Assembly (NCBI GenBank): GCA_013115145.1
Contig: JAAPAO010000090.1
Coordinates: 19,808-83,807, forward strand
Direction of reading: 5' to 3'
Source: Perkinsus chesapeaki ATCC PRA-425
Lineage: Eukaryota > Protista > Perkinsozoa
DNA: 64,000 nucleotides
Part shown: one piece after another, positions 1-12,137 of the stretch
Position numbering within the stretch: the first letter of the stretch is position 1
Layout of the letters: each line of letters opens with the position of its first letter
The notes under the pieces: generated by a model
Database searches by the model: none
What the model was told of the DNA's origin: nothing
What the model saw: only the letters and a program-made list of their open reading frames with translations
Translations under genes and position numbers: made by a program

Positions 1-3000
1 CAGGCCGCTATTGATGAGAGGAATGGTGTGAAGGCAGGAAAAGGTAGGGACAATTTCGTGGCGCGCGAAATCAGGTCTTAGGGGTTAAACGACAAGGGAC
101 TCCAAAAGCCAAAGCGAAGAAGAAGAGTCGCGGCAGCGTTGCCGAGCTCGAGGATCCCGGCGAGGAGGTGACCTATTCATCGCTCCGCGGGTGCAAACCG
201 TATTTTCAGTATGCGCCGAGCGGTGCTGCCAAATCCGACTTGCGGCGACAATCAGATCGGTTGTTTGAAGTGATGAGCTACCTCGAGTGCCTAAGCCGAG
301 CCGAACTGCTGGAGGAACTGCAGGTGACTTTGATGCTTCTTGTACACATCCGTAGCACTCTCTGTGGTCAGTCGAATGGGTTCGGAATAAGGAAGGGTGG
401 AGAGGACGAGCTTCGACAGATAGTGACAGACTGTGTTGTATTTGGTGTACCGCAGCGGTGCTCCACCTGTGGTGGACAGTTCAGGTGATGATGATCAGCA
501 GCTGCTGGAATCATTGCGTATCTGTGTGGTAGAGTTTTGCAGGGTGCTAAGGTCAATATGTGGTAGTCGCGAGAGTCTACCATCTGTGAACCCCCTAATT
601 TTCTTGAAGTCAGACAGAAACATTGAAAGTTCCTCGAAGAAATGGTTCAGATGTTCATGTCCCGCCTCCTAGGATAATACTTCCTATCAAGCACTCTAGT
701 CCTTTCTTAACTCCCTGGACAAACTTCATTGACGCTCGATGAATGTCGTTGCTGTCGGGCTGCGGCGAAACATGCGTCGAATTTCGTGGCGCAGTGACTT
801 ATCCTGCCTTTAGGATCCACGGGGAAACCTACGAGTGCGGTGGATGGATCAGCGGCTACACGAAGTGCACAGAGACCACTCGCACCCCTGCTAGAACCCC
901 TTGGCGATTCTCTGACGACCTCCTCATGGTTCATCCGGAACTCGACGGAATTGAATTTCCTGTTGGTAGGGACGGAATTGCAGGCAAGGTCGGCCAATAG
1001 CGGATAAATTAGGTGACCGGCTTTTCGCAACTGTGGAGAAAGTCAAGAGTGCCGCCAAGCATGAGGAGGGTGACGAGCAGAATGAAGTGCAGCCAACCGA
1101 ATGGAACCGTGTTGGCGACAAGACAAATACGCCATTAAAAGGTGGGGTGCCGGGATCGAACTAGGGTCCAATATTTCCCTGGTACAGGTATGATCATCGG
1201 GGCTATCGGTCGCCTTAGCCACACCCGTCCACAACTGAAGCAGATAATATCTGATGCTGGTGGCAAATTGCAGGATAAAGTGGACGGCAGAGTAAGTGCG
1301 CTTTCAGTCTCCCTGTTTGCGGAATCTCTGCGTCGATACCATTGACAAAGTCCGCACGATTTCAACCGCGCACTCGCATTTATCTCGGAACGCATGCGGC
1401 TGTTTCTGGCAGGTCAATCTAGTTATATCAACAATAGAGGAGCTGGAAAAGCAAGCAAGTATCTACGCCAAGGCTAAGCGTTCGAGGCTCCCTGTTGTCA
1501 ATGAGAGCTTCGTAACCGACTGTGTAGTCCGCAAGGAGACCTTGCCTTTGCAGTCGTATCTGTGCCACCCGGAAGGTGAGTATCCAGGCATTCCAGTCGA
1601 GGCAGCACCTTCTCATTGAGCAGAGGCATCGGGGTTCCTAAGCCACAGTGCGGGACGGAAGAGCGTCTCCTCGGCACGCAGCCTGGTGTCCAGGAAGTCG
1701 GCTCAGTCCAGCGGTAGGGAAAAATTAAGAGTAAGGCGCTATTATATACATCAGTGCTGCTGCATCTTGGGGGCAGGTTAAGAACGGAGTGGTAGCACAT
1801 GATGAGGAACTTGCCGAGAAGGCCCACATCTATGTCGAGGGTGAAGTAGACGTCAAAAGATGTTCACCCAGCATTTGTGATCAGCCCAGGTGGTTTACAG
1901 TGAAACCCTCTCGAGAACGGATGCAGCAACTGGGATGAACAGCTATTATATTTTACAACTTTATGAGTCTGACAGCGGCACTGCTACGTACTGGCTCTAC
2001 AGGCAAGTGCCCTCCTGGTTGTGACCGGGGGCGGCGGCGGAGTGGTTATTGCAGGAAGTGGGGACGCACAGGGAACGACATGATCGGGGACGAGAAACGA
2101 GAAAGAATGGCGGGGAAGGAATCTGCTATAGCCCAGTTTGAGAAGTAGACTGCTAGCATTGCCAGCCTCGTGCTTTTTTCGGTTTTTCTATCAGATTGTT
2201 CGAGGAGAAAACCGGCAATCCGTTCTACGAGGTCGCAACAGGCATGCTACCTTTCGAGATGCATGCTGGGAAAGCCTTCCGGTTGGACACCAACATTGAC
2301 TCAGCAGGCGGTGGCAGTGGCGATCAACGGTCGTCGAGCCAATCGCTTGTTCGGCGGATGAGTGAGTGTGTTACTTAACGCTCTCCCGAACCGCAGAGCC
2401 ATCAGGCCTCAGCAGCGGATCGAGCCTCCCCAAGGCTGTGGCCAACTTGGTTACGCTCATCTGTGACATCACCGCGATGGAGCAGGAGCTCAGAGATCTG
2501 GAGATTGACGCTGATAAGATGCCACTCGGTATGATATCGAGGAGGGGCCTTACGGCGGCCTTTGCAGTGCTGCGGGAAGTTCAGGAGGAGTTGATGCGGC
2601 CAAGTAGGGGAAAGGGTGAATAGAAGCTTTCATTTCCACTGTGTATTTCGTCCTCGTATCTCAGGTGGTCCGAGAAGCGTCATCATCGCTGATCTTACTA
2701 ATCGTTTCTACACTATGGTGCCCCACAGCATCCCCCCTGGTGCTCGACTGCCGCTTTTGAACAACCTCCGGCTGATAGATCAGAAGGTGCCCCTTTTCCG
2801 AGGCATCTCAGTTGTTGACCTGTTTGTGCTAGGTTGATCTGGTACAGAGTCTTATGGACTTGGAGGTCTCCTTCAGTGTGGTGTCTGGACCGAAGGCAGG
2901 CAATGGCGCCGATCCTGTTAGAGCACAATACGATCGTCTCGGCTGCGGCCTTAGCGTCATTGACAGGACGTCCTTCGAGTTTGAGCTAATTGAGGGGTAA

Positions 3001-4087
3001 GCGGATGTAGCAGCGGGCTCGCCGTAAAACCTTGGAAGCAATGATTTGCTGAGCGTGACATGACGCTTAGCATAGTACCCATGCAGCTGTAAACTGCGAA
3101 CTGTAAACAGTTAAAGCTCGCAGGAAGGCAGGGAAGCTTAGTGAAAATGACCTAAGGTCTGACCATCCCTATTTTTACTATTTACCTCGGATAAAAGCTT
3201 AAACCTAGGAGTCCAGAGGAAGTCTCTTTCAAGCATGCATGATATCTTTTGATAAGATACGTCAACAATACCCATGCCCCAACCCACACTACGTACAAGC
3301 TACGCGTCATGAACTGCTTCCGAGTTGACCGTGACGGTGAGGATCAAAGGTTCGGCCGCCACTCGAAGGACCCCAATAGAATGCTTCTTTGGCATGGCTC
3401 CAGAATGACCAACTGGGCCGGCATACTACCGCAGGTGGGTGTCTCTGGTCCAGATTCAACTTCACTTGGCACTTTTTAGGGTCTCCGTATCGCTCCGCCC
3501 GAGGCCCCTGTGACGGGTTACATGTTCGGTAAAGGTGTCTATTTTGCGGATATGGTCACCAAAAGTGCCAATTACTGCTTCGCGTCGATGAGCGGTGACA
3601 CTGGCCTGCTCATGCTCTGCGAAGTGGCACTGGGAAAATCGTAAGTCTCCCCCGCCCCTGTGCTTTCCCTCACCACATACCATTCTAGATTGGAGCTCCA
3701 CGAGGCACTATTTGTGTACGGCAGCGACCAAGAGAAGCCTCCTCCAGGATTCCAAGGTAGGCATTCCCGTACGTCTACTTCGGACCCTAGTTGCCTCAGG
3801 GAAGAAGCTGCCCAAGTCGTACAGGAGCACCAAGGGCATCGGCGGCACATGTCCGGACCCAGCGGGGAACTACGTCACATCGGACGGATGCATTGTAGGC
3901 TGCCACCGGATGCCCTTTTACTGCGATCTTCTTAATGTAGGTGCCTCGAGGTAAACCAGTTAATAACCCCGAATACAAAGCGAATGGTTCCTTGCTGTAC
4001 AACGAGTACGTTGTCTACGATGTGTCACAGATAAAGTGCAAGTACCTAGTGGAATGCAATTTTGAAACTATTGGTACGATGTGGTAA
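1..4087 (+). CDS. PARP1: PARP1-like poly(ADP-ribose) polymerase, multi-exon, 5' end outside window
   Basis: Spliced exons give PADR1 Zn motif (RCSTCGG...[13 protein letters not shown]), BRCT-like exons, WGR (KWGRTG...FEEKTGN), regulatory domain ([20 protein letters not shown]) and catalytic H-Y-E triad ([24 protein letters not shown]). Stop TAA at 4085-4087. Confidence 0.95.
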
Positions 4088-4899
4088 CTTACGATGTTAA
4101 TTGCTTTTTTATATTCCATCATGTTGTGTTGTTAATGACGACAATGCCTCACCGGCCGAGTGTTACCAAATTGTACGCCTCTTATCTCGGATGCCACTAC
4201 ATCCCACGGCCTTCTCAGCTGCTGGTCATGATTCCGGACTGGTAGCATGAGCCTTTGGCGATCTGCCCGTGCCAGGAAGGTACTTCAGGCTCACGATGCT
4301 GATACAGCTGATAATAATGGTATCGGTTTCTCCTTCACTCGCCTGCACAAGTCTCACAGGAAGCTCCGTCTCAACCGATGTCGGCATGGTCGCTACTACT
4401 ATTGCCCCATAGAATTCCTATTGATTCAGGGCGCCGTTCCAAGTGGCACAAACACCACGGGGGTTGGCCGCATGAAACCGGTCAGCACATGTGGCCTGGC
4501 ATCCCCCTCGAAGAAGCTGGTAATTATCAGGTCGAGACGCCATCTATGCGATACCCTCTGGGCCCGGTGGTGGACCTGGCGGCAGCTCACTCACCGACAA
4601 CTTCGCATACCTTTCCGCACCGCTGATGAAGGTGGCATCTGCTACGGTTCCTTAGACTCAGTTCGCCAGGTACCGCTCGAGCTCGCCCCGTTTGGAACGA
4701 GAGTGGCATCTCTGACCCCTGAAAGTATCCACAATCTTATCTGTATTGGAGCGACCGTTAGACCTCTCACACTGCATAATTCCCCATCCGTGCAGACGAT
4801 CGATTTTCTATGGCAACCGAGGCGTTGGCTTGAAGTTAGGCATGCAATTAATGCGCACCCTTTCCTAAGCCGTGGTTGCCAGGCTTAGCTCAGAGACCA

Positions 4900-7800
4900 G
4901 CGGACTAGCTCACCTTCCCATGGTTCGCAGTTTTCATACAATATGCGAGTCGAGTTTGTGAGTAAGCAAGTTCTGCATCTTCTTCATGCTACGAAGCTGC
5001 ACTGTTGCTCGGTCCGTAGCCCCTAATGGCTCAGCAATGATGGGCAGTTCGAGGTGACCTATCCCACTGCATCCGTCGGGAAATATGTTCGAGGCGCTGA
5101 GGACTCGGCGTCGTTGTGTAGTGTTGAATGTAGCATGCCTTTGCATCATCTTCTGTCGAGCGATAGCCCCGAGCCATCTGCAACAGCATTCGGTCTGTTC
5201 CGACATCACCATCATCACCGTAAGTCCATCTCTCATAACGAAATCGTTCCGTGTCGCTTCGGCTCTCAGCTCCTAGTATTTTCATAATCCCCAGTGGAGG
5301 AGGGTGCGGTTGTGGAGGAGGGAGCGGTATGGCCGCCGGCTTCCCCTTCACCGGACCAATCAAGGTGGCAGATCCACCCATCACTGGCATCGTCTTGCTT
5401 GTGCAGTTACCGAACATCGCGCCACATTACCACTACCATGGTCGGCACTATTACGGTGCATCCGAGGAGGCATTGATGTGTGTGTTCGGTCTAGCTAGAG
5501 AGTGGCTCGGCATGGGCCGCCTGCGGTCGCGGCGGGTAGGGCAAATGGTCAACGATAGCTGTGGAGATTACTGTTGCCTTCAGTGCAGCAGGCATAGGTC
5601 TGCTAGCTACCAGGATGACTTGTGGCAACTTTGATGGCTATTCTGCTGTAAAATAACGTATAAGAGGCGTTGTGTTACCTGCCTAGTTCGGAGGGGTCCT
5701 CAGGTGGCCTACGCAATGACCGCACCAAAAGGTAACCACAGCACCCCGGCAGTAGCATCCTTCAGCAACAGCCTTTATGGGCCTAAAGGAGGAAAGACGC
5801 ACTTTACAGTGAAGGGCACGGAGACCTTGACACCAAGTGAAGAGAGGACCCCTCGGAAGCTACGGAAGTCTGTTCCTGTGAGATTGGTCCACAAGCCCGC
5901 GCAGTCGTTGGTGACACTGGCTGGTTAGGAGTATTTCACGAGCCTCTCAAGCCCCAAAAACCCAGCTAACCGTCCTCGGGGCATCAGAGTGGTTCAATCG
6001 GCCCGCCATATGTCGGACTCACCGGTAGGCATTTTGCTCACCTCAGCAGCTAGTAGCGCCAAAAGGTGCATCCTGTCGATGGAGTATCGGCTCCTGTCTT
6101 GCCCCGCGAAGACCCCATCGGTAGCAGCAGACCCGGCATGCGCGAGCATTTTGGCCTGTCAGGTTTCAGAGGTTCTCTGAGCGTCGGTCCTGTATACTGC
6201 CAGGCTCACGATAAACCAGAAACAAGGCCGCACAGGTAGCGGCGGTGGCGGCGGTCAAATCCGCACCAGACATATCCCTGCTACTCAGCTATGGGGCAGA
6301 ATTCCGTCCAGGGAGGCGGTTGCAGTCCAGTATAAATGTATCCCTCAGGAAGGTCCACAGCAATGACACACGGAACCCAATAACAGGTCCGTGCTCCTAG
6401 ACTCGACCTGAGCTGTGTATTAAGGCGGCTTAGGGCAAGGCTTGGAAGCAGGAGAGCAGCGGCAGAATAGTAGACGCGGCATTGGCACGCAACTGAGCAC
6501 ACTGATACCGTCCGAGACCAGCAAGTGGCTGAGCGCCAAGTCGGTGGTGAGTAGGCCCCTCAGCCATTGCATCAGAATGTCTAAACAGGCCTCTAGCAGT
6601 TACTCCCCTCGGAAATACGCCTCATCACACGCGGCAGTCTACAGAGAGCTAGTCACAGTCGGAACGGTGAAGTCGCCGCGGTTGGCGCTGTCCCTACTGA
6701 GAGAAGTGAGTCCTTATATAGATGCACGCAATGCAAGTATCTGCTCCAGCTCCGACACGCGGCAGTGGCCTGAGGGTCAGTGGGGACTACGCGAGGCTTA
6801 AAGGCTCATCGGTAAGGTTACCACTCAGATACACCTAGAGTTATATTGTTCATTTGAGGTCGGTGCTATCTTGACGACAGAGCTCCCGCCGCCCTCCGCA
6901 ACCAACGCATCTCAGAGAGGCCGCTCAGTGGGGACAAGTGAGCCTGCCGCTCCTCAGTGGTGTAATTTTCATGCCTAGGTCCTGACTTCGAACGGATCTG
7001 CCGAGCTACCAGATCCGCTTCGAGGGAGGCAAGGCGCCGTATGAGGCGGGCACAGGCCAATGCAGGTCGGGACCACCTCCACGGCCAAGCATGAAATGAA
7101 GCGCTCTGTTGTGTCTTTGCTGCCATGAGGAGTTGTGTGGGAGGTGTGATGCAGAGGAAGTCGGCTTTACTAGCTTGATCACTTGAATGAGCTTCTCCTT
7201 GCCTGGGCACAGTGCTGCGCTGCTGGCCGCTTTGAGCGTTCGGAGCGCGATTGAGGAGGCTGGTATAGGCGGGGCTACGCGAGGGGAGTACGCAGCCATC
7301 TATGGTGAGGAATTAGGAGATGAATATTTTAAAGTGAGGCGGCGCAAGGCTTACCCACCACTGTACCAGCTTCGACAGAACTCACAACAGAACAGCAGCA
7401 GCAGCGCCGCCGCCGCGGCCGATTCAGTGTTTGATAATAATGAAGCAGATAGCAATCATGTTGGTGTTCCTGGCTCTTTTCGTTGCGACACTCCCTTGCC
7501 TTTGCAGACAGCTCCAGTCCGTGTGGGCACTCCGGCCAGCAGCACCTCCTCGACTACCACAAGCCCTCAAGTGACCCCAGCGACAACAGCATCGAGGCAG
7601 TTGGAGGAAACCCAGGAGCCCCACGGCGGCGGCGCCGGAGATCAGCGCTCGAGACCGTCCGAGCTCTTCCTCGACGACGATGACGATAGTGAGCTGCTCA
7701 GGACTCCTAAGAGCGGTAGGACTGCTGGAGTTAGTGAAGGGCCAGATGAGGTGAGCACCGTGGGGGCTGCCATCTTTTAATCGTTAGTTTCGAAATTTCA

Positions 7801-8255
7801 GGTGGATCCTGAAATGGAAGATGATGAGATCCTGGAAAGCCAATTGACTGCTGAAGTAGAAGGCTGAATGTGGCAGTGATCCGATGAACCACTTCTCTCT
7901 TTAGATTGGCGACGTTTACGTCCCGCCGCCAGGAACCACCCCGCCATGGGAGAATCCGCGACGACGTCGAATACTCAACAGCCCTACGGCTGGGCGGATA
8001 GAATGTTATTTCCTCGAGAAGGACCAAGATATGATACGAGTTTGCGAGGCCAACGGTGCCCGAGACCGATGGGTCCCGCGGGAGCGGGTGTTCTGGCACA
8101 GAGGTGAGGCAGCTCCCCAGCGTCTTCGGGGGATGCCGCTTATAGGGCCGGCAGGAATGGCGGAAGTATTCGATGTGTTCGGGGACGGAGAGGAAGAAGA
8201 CGGCAGTGAACCTTCAGCTAGGGCAACCAATAACGTCAGAGATTCGCTCATCTGA
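4900..8255 (+). CDS. Large multi-exon hypothetical protein (His-run and Cys/Gly motif, acidic/Ser-rich middle); 5' limit uncertain
   Basis: Exons join across canonical short introns (e.g. gtaagt...ctcag 5220-5269) into a continuous frame. Last exon ends ...NNVRDSLI* at 8255. No family recognised. Confidence 0.5.
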
Positions 8256-8385
8256 TGACAGGACTATGCGTCATGTTTAGGCCCCATTAAGGCGACGACA
8301 GACGGCTCCATCGAATCGGCGTGGCTTGCGGCGCAATAGTTCTGGAGGAGTGCACACGCCGCGGGGATTCAGTGAAAGGAATACT

Positions 8386-10308
8386 ATGTCGCCCCCGAAC
8401 CCGAGACGGGGAACACCGCAGCGCCAGGTCAAGCGGACCAGAACATCTGCGACGACGCCAACAAGCGCACGGCGGAGGGGCAGAAGCGTCTGCTCGCGAA
8501 CCCCGGCCAATGTGGACAGCACATTACAGCAGTGGAGATTGTTTGAATATCTTACCTCGGCCACACCGACACAGTGGATGCGGGAGGTGTTCTGCGAATC
8601 TCCAGATGCCGAGGTTCAAAGGGTCATGGCCGAGGGCTTCCATGGCATCTTACCTGATGATGAACTAGTGGCTATGGCTGGGGACTCCCGACAGGAGATG
8701 CCCCTCCGAATAGTTGCTCTCATGGCCCTGCTATCTAGTGGTGATGCGACCCAGAACCAGGAGAGCTGTCGCCAAGTCGCCGCGCTGGTCATCGACGAGC
8801 TCAACTCTGCCATAACACTCGCTGAGATCGGCGTTGTTATCCTGATGGCAATCTGCCAAAGTATATCAGGGTCGATCGGGACGGACCGGGCCACCAGCAT
8901 CAGAACTTTGACGGTCCTCAGTTTGGCTTCGACCGTCAGAGTACGCATCCTATGGAGCGTGTTGAGCCTTGCACTGCCGCAAGGGTTAACCTCACCGAAC
9001 ATCGAGGTGTCGGAGGAGGAGATTCTACGCGACCTCCGATTCAAGAAAGCCACTCTCGGGGAGAGGCTCACCGGCGGTCTGCTTGTTGTGTGTGGCAAGT
9101 GGCTCATGACGGGATCGGGCCCGACGCTGAAGATTGGTACGATTATCCCCTGGTTGGTCGGCAGCGGCAGTAGTGCTTCCCTGGCGAGGAGGTCCTCAGA
9201 AGCCGGCAGTGCTGTGGTGGAGCCCTCAGAAGCACCCGCCTTGTTGACAAGGAGTGACCGGTTCCCTAAGAGCGCTGCCATACACGTGTGTAGGTTAATG
9301 ATGAGCGCTGGGGCCTGCACTGCTGCTGTTGACGACCCTTTCACACCAACTCATCCGCTGCAGGTGGAGATATACTACAGCTTCCTGCTACAGCACCACG
9401 GTGATCGAGACAGGGTATCAAAGCAGATGGAGCGTTGGGGAGGGGGCTCTCCGAAACTCGCTGAGGCAGTCCTGGAGATCTTGCTACGAGACTTTCCTCA
9501 GCAGTGCTGCAAATCCGGACTGTGGGAGAAGGTTGAGAATTCTGCCCTATATAGATTGGTCGCCTTGCTGCCTGGTCAAGAGAAGCTACCAGTGGAAGCC
9601 TTACGAAGGCTGACTCCACCCTCGACATGGCCAGACAGGGTCCGTCTTTCGCCTTGTACAGTAGACGCTGTATGGGAGCTTTCGATCGCCATCACAAACG
9701 CTGCTTGCCACTCTACAGCCCTGGACGACGGCAGTAGCGGGCATGAGCTGGAGGTCGCTGTGGAATTTCTAGCGAACACTCTGCAATTGCTGATTCGTAG
9801 TGCAGAGGATCCCCGTCCAGCCGTACTTCTAAGCAGCGGTGGACTCTGTGACGACAGGCATTTGATGCCCTTAACTACCAAGAGGACACCAGAACCTCGA
9901 CCGTACTGGATTGCCATGTCGGAAGACCGTCTACGCAAATGGTATTTGAAAACCATTCCCGAATCCGACTTTGGGCGCTACATCAAAGATTATCAGACAG
10001 GAAGCATCCGGCCTCTCTCACCGAGCCTATTCACCAAGATGTCCGAGAAAGCCCGTCGCACAGCTGCTGCAGTTGCCGAGCTCTTTTACTCAAAACTACT
10101 CCAACTATGGGACGCTCCAGATGTCCACCGAGGGCTTCACCGAGCTAGACTGCTCCATTGGATATTCACTGAGTCCCAGCAGCCTCCCTTGGATTCATTG
10201 AAGCTGGTAGAGAATGGTTATAAACAGGCACTACTGAGCTGGCTGGCGGACCTTTCTTTGAGACCCTCATCATTCGTGGTGAATCGAATTAAAAGCCTCT
10301 TTGATTGA
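8386..10308 (+). CDS. Intronless ~640 aa hypothetical protein, probably all-alpha
   Basis: Uninterrupted 1.9 kb ORF, first ATG at 8386. Basic disordered N-terminus followed by Leu/Ala-rich amphipathic helices. Confidence 0.75.
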   Translation: MSPPNPRRGTPQRQVKRTRTSATTPTSARRRGRSVCSRTPANVDSTLQQWRLFEYLTSATPTQWMREVFCESPDAEVQRVMAEGFHGILPDDELVAMAGDSRQEMPLRIVALMALLSSGDATQNQESCRQVAALVIDELNSAITLAEIGVVILMAICQSISGSIGTDRATSIRTLTVLSLASTVRVRILWSVLSLALPQGLTSPNIEVSEEEILRDLRFKKATLGERLTGGLLVVCGKWLMTGSGPTLKIGTIIPWLVGSGSSASLARRSSEAGSAVVEPSEAPALLTRSDRFPKSAAIHVCRLMMSAGACTAAVDDPFTPTHPLQVEIYYSFLLQHHGDRDRVSKQMERWGGGSPKLAEAVLEILLRDFPQQCCKSGLWEKVENSALYRLVALLPGQEKLPVEALRRLTPPSTWPDRVRLSPCTVDAVWELSIAITNAACHSTALDDGSSGHELEVAVEFLANTLQLLIRSAEDPRPAVLLSSGGLCDDRHLMPLTTKRTPEPRPYWIAMSEDRLRKWYLKTIPESDFGRYIKDYQTGSIRPLSPSLFTKMSEKARRTAAAVAELFYSKLLQLWDAPDVHRGLHRARLLHWIFTESQQPPLDSLKLVENGYKQALLSWLADLSLRPSSFVVNRIKSLFD

Positions 10309-10543
10309 CTATTAGTTTCAATAGTTATTCCTTTATTGTGTTCTACATAACAACACAACACTGAATAAATAATCGTTCCTAGAAAACATAGCTAATGATT
10401 AGGTGTTAATGATTGGGCGGCGCGAATCTTATCTCACAATTCTGCGCACCATGCGGCACAATTGGCCACTACAAATCGGGCGGGTACATCAGTAAACCAC
10501 CAAAATGATATTCACCTCTTCGATACTTAATCACATTTTACAA

Positions 10544-11476
10544 TTACTGAGAGTAGGTGTGAACCTTGTCTGCAGCAGTCTGATAATACTTATCAGCAGT
10601 AGCCTTAGCATCGGCAGCATACTTGCCAGCAGTTTCCTTAGCATCGGTGGCGTATTTGGTAGCAGTCTCCTTAGCATCTACCGCGTACTTGCTAGCAGTA
10701 TCCTTGGCATCAGCGGCATACTTCGTCGCTGTTTCCTTGGCCTTAGCAGCTTTCTCCTTCACATCAGTAGAGTATTTATTAGCAGCATCCTTAGCTTGGG
10801 CGGAGTACTTGGCGGCAGTCTCCTTAGCTTGAGTGGTGTACTGGTGAACTGTGTCTTGACCCTTCTTCATAGAATCCTGAGCAGCTTCCTTGTTCTCAGA
10901 GAAGGCCTTCTGAAGACGGTCAATAAATGCAACCCACCACTCGCTGGCCTTATTGCGAAGTGCAAGAACATCCTCTTCAGCAATCTGTAAAGCAGGGAAT
11001 GTGTCCTTTACATAACCAACCATAGACTTTAACGACTCCAAATAAGCGGAGAAGAAGCCCATTACTGAAGCATAAACCTTCTGCCAGTACATAGTAACGC
11101 AGCTACCACACTTGGTGATTTGGTAGTTGCCACGATAATAAAGGCGGGACGCCACGGTTGAACCCAGAGCTACTGCACGACTGAGAGGACTAACGGAAGC
11201 CCCTTGACAACTTGATGGACTAGCAGCGGTGGTCTCAGAGCGATCCTCACCAGATTGAGGCTGAGGCTCTACAGGGGGGAGATAGTGGTTTACTAACTCT
11301 TCGCCCCGACTGAGCAGAGAGTCTAGGAAGGAGTAGACACTTCCCAATGCCGCGTTGGTTGAGCGGGTAACTTTCTTCCCAGCATCAGTTTTCTTAAAAT
11401 CATCAACCATCTTCTGAGTCTTCACTGTAGCATTATCAACAGTGCTACTGATAGAGTCGGCAACGTAGTTTGTCAT
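10544..11476 (-). CDS. Perilipin-like / LEA-like amphipathic-repeat protein, intronless
   Basis: ORF from ATG 11476 (MTNYVADS). Contains LDSLLSRGEELVNHYLPP followed by SRAVALGSTVASRL (perilipin-like motifs) and C-terminal 11-residue repeats. Confidence 0.6.
   Translation of the reverse strand: MTNYVADSISSTVDNATVKTQKMVDDFKKTDAGKKVTRSTNAALGSVYSFLDSLLSRGEELVNHYLPPVEPQPQSGEDRSETTAASPSSCQGASVSPLSRAVALGSTVASRLYYRGNYQITKCGSCVTMYWQKVYASVMGFFSAYLESLKSMVGYVKDTFPALQIAEEDVLALRNKASEWWVAFIDRLQKAFSENKEAAQDSMKKGQDTVHQYTTQAKETAAKYSAQAKDAANKYSTDVKEKAAKAKETATKYAADAKDTASKYAVDAKETATKYATDAKETAGKYAADAKATADKYYQTAADKVHTYSQ
10560..10860 (-). repeat. Coding tandem 33-bp (11-aa) repeats, consensus AKETAxKYAxD
   Basis: AKETAAKYSAQ/AKDAANKYSTD/AKETATKYAAD/AKDTASKYAVD/AKETATKYATD/AKETAGKYAAD/AKATADKYYQT. 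Confidence 0.9.
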
Positions 11477-12137
11477 TGTTATAAGCAATACCCAATAACG
11501 GAAACAAAGGATAACACACCACAGGACAGCTCGAGAGGAACACAAGAAAATTGCACGCATGCACATACTTGCACAAAGCTCAGTGTCTCCTTAACGCGCA
11601 ACTGGACAGTTTTGCACGAAGTGTTTCCCATTCCCACAACTCAAAATCGACACATGGCGTATTGTCCAACAAACCTAAGATATTGTGCCGGGCTGAGTTA
11701 TAAGCACCGTAAGTGTAAACGTTATTCAGCAGATATTCAACTGAGGCAGCCATAACAGGAATGAGACAATACTAATCTATCACTTGGGAGGAGAATAGAT
11801 ATAACGAGTCATGACTGGATCGGAAGCAGCATAAGCCAGACAACGCCTTGTTAGGTAAAAGGTGAACAGACATCCGAAGCACAGAGTGCTTCGTCAAGGC
11901 ATAATATGGTCAAGGAAACGGCAGTAAATGAAACATAATCCGCCATTGAATGATACACGTCTTTACTTGCCTGAAGAATGTCGACTGATAATAGAACAGA
12001 ACTTGGTCAACTCCACTCACGCAGCTAAAAACTATTGAATAAAATGGACTAATGATTGATTAACGATGCTTGATAACGCTGAAGACTGAAGACACGAGCC
12101 AAAAATCATAAATGTATATCAGACCATGCGCAGGACC

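Noticed and set aside
6500-6800. Protein-like minus-strand frame with in-frame TAA/TAG suggesting stop-codon reassignment
   Set aside because: It is the antisense shadow of a plus-strand exon. Recognised genes in the window end in TAA, TAG or TGA normally.
10505-10990. 161-aa hydrophobic plus-strand ORF
   Set aside because: Antisense shadow of the 33-bp repeat region of the perilipin-like gene.
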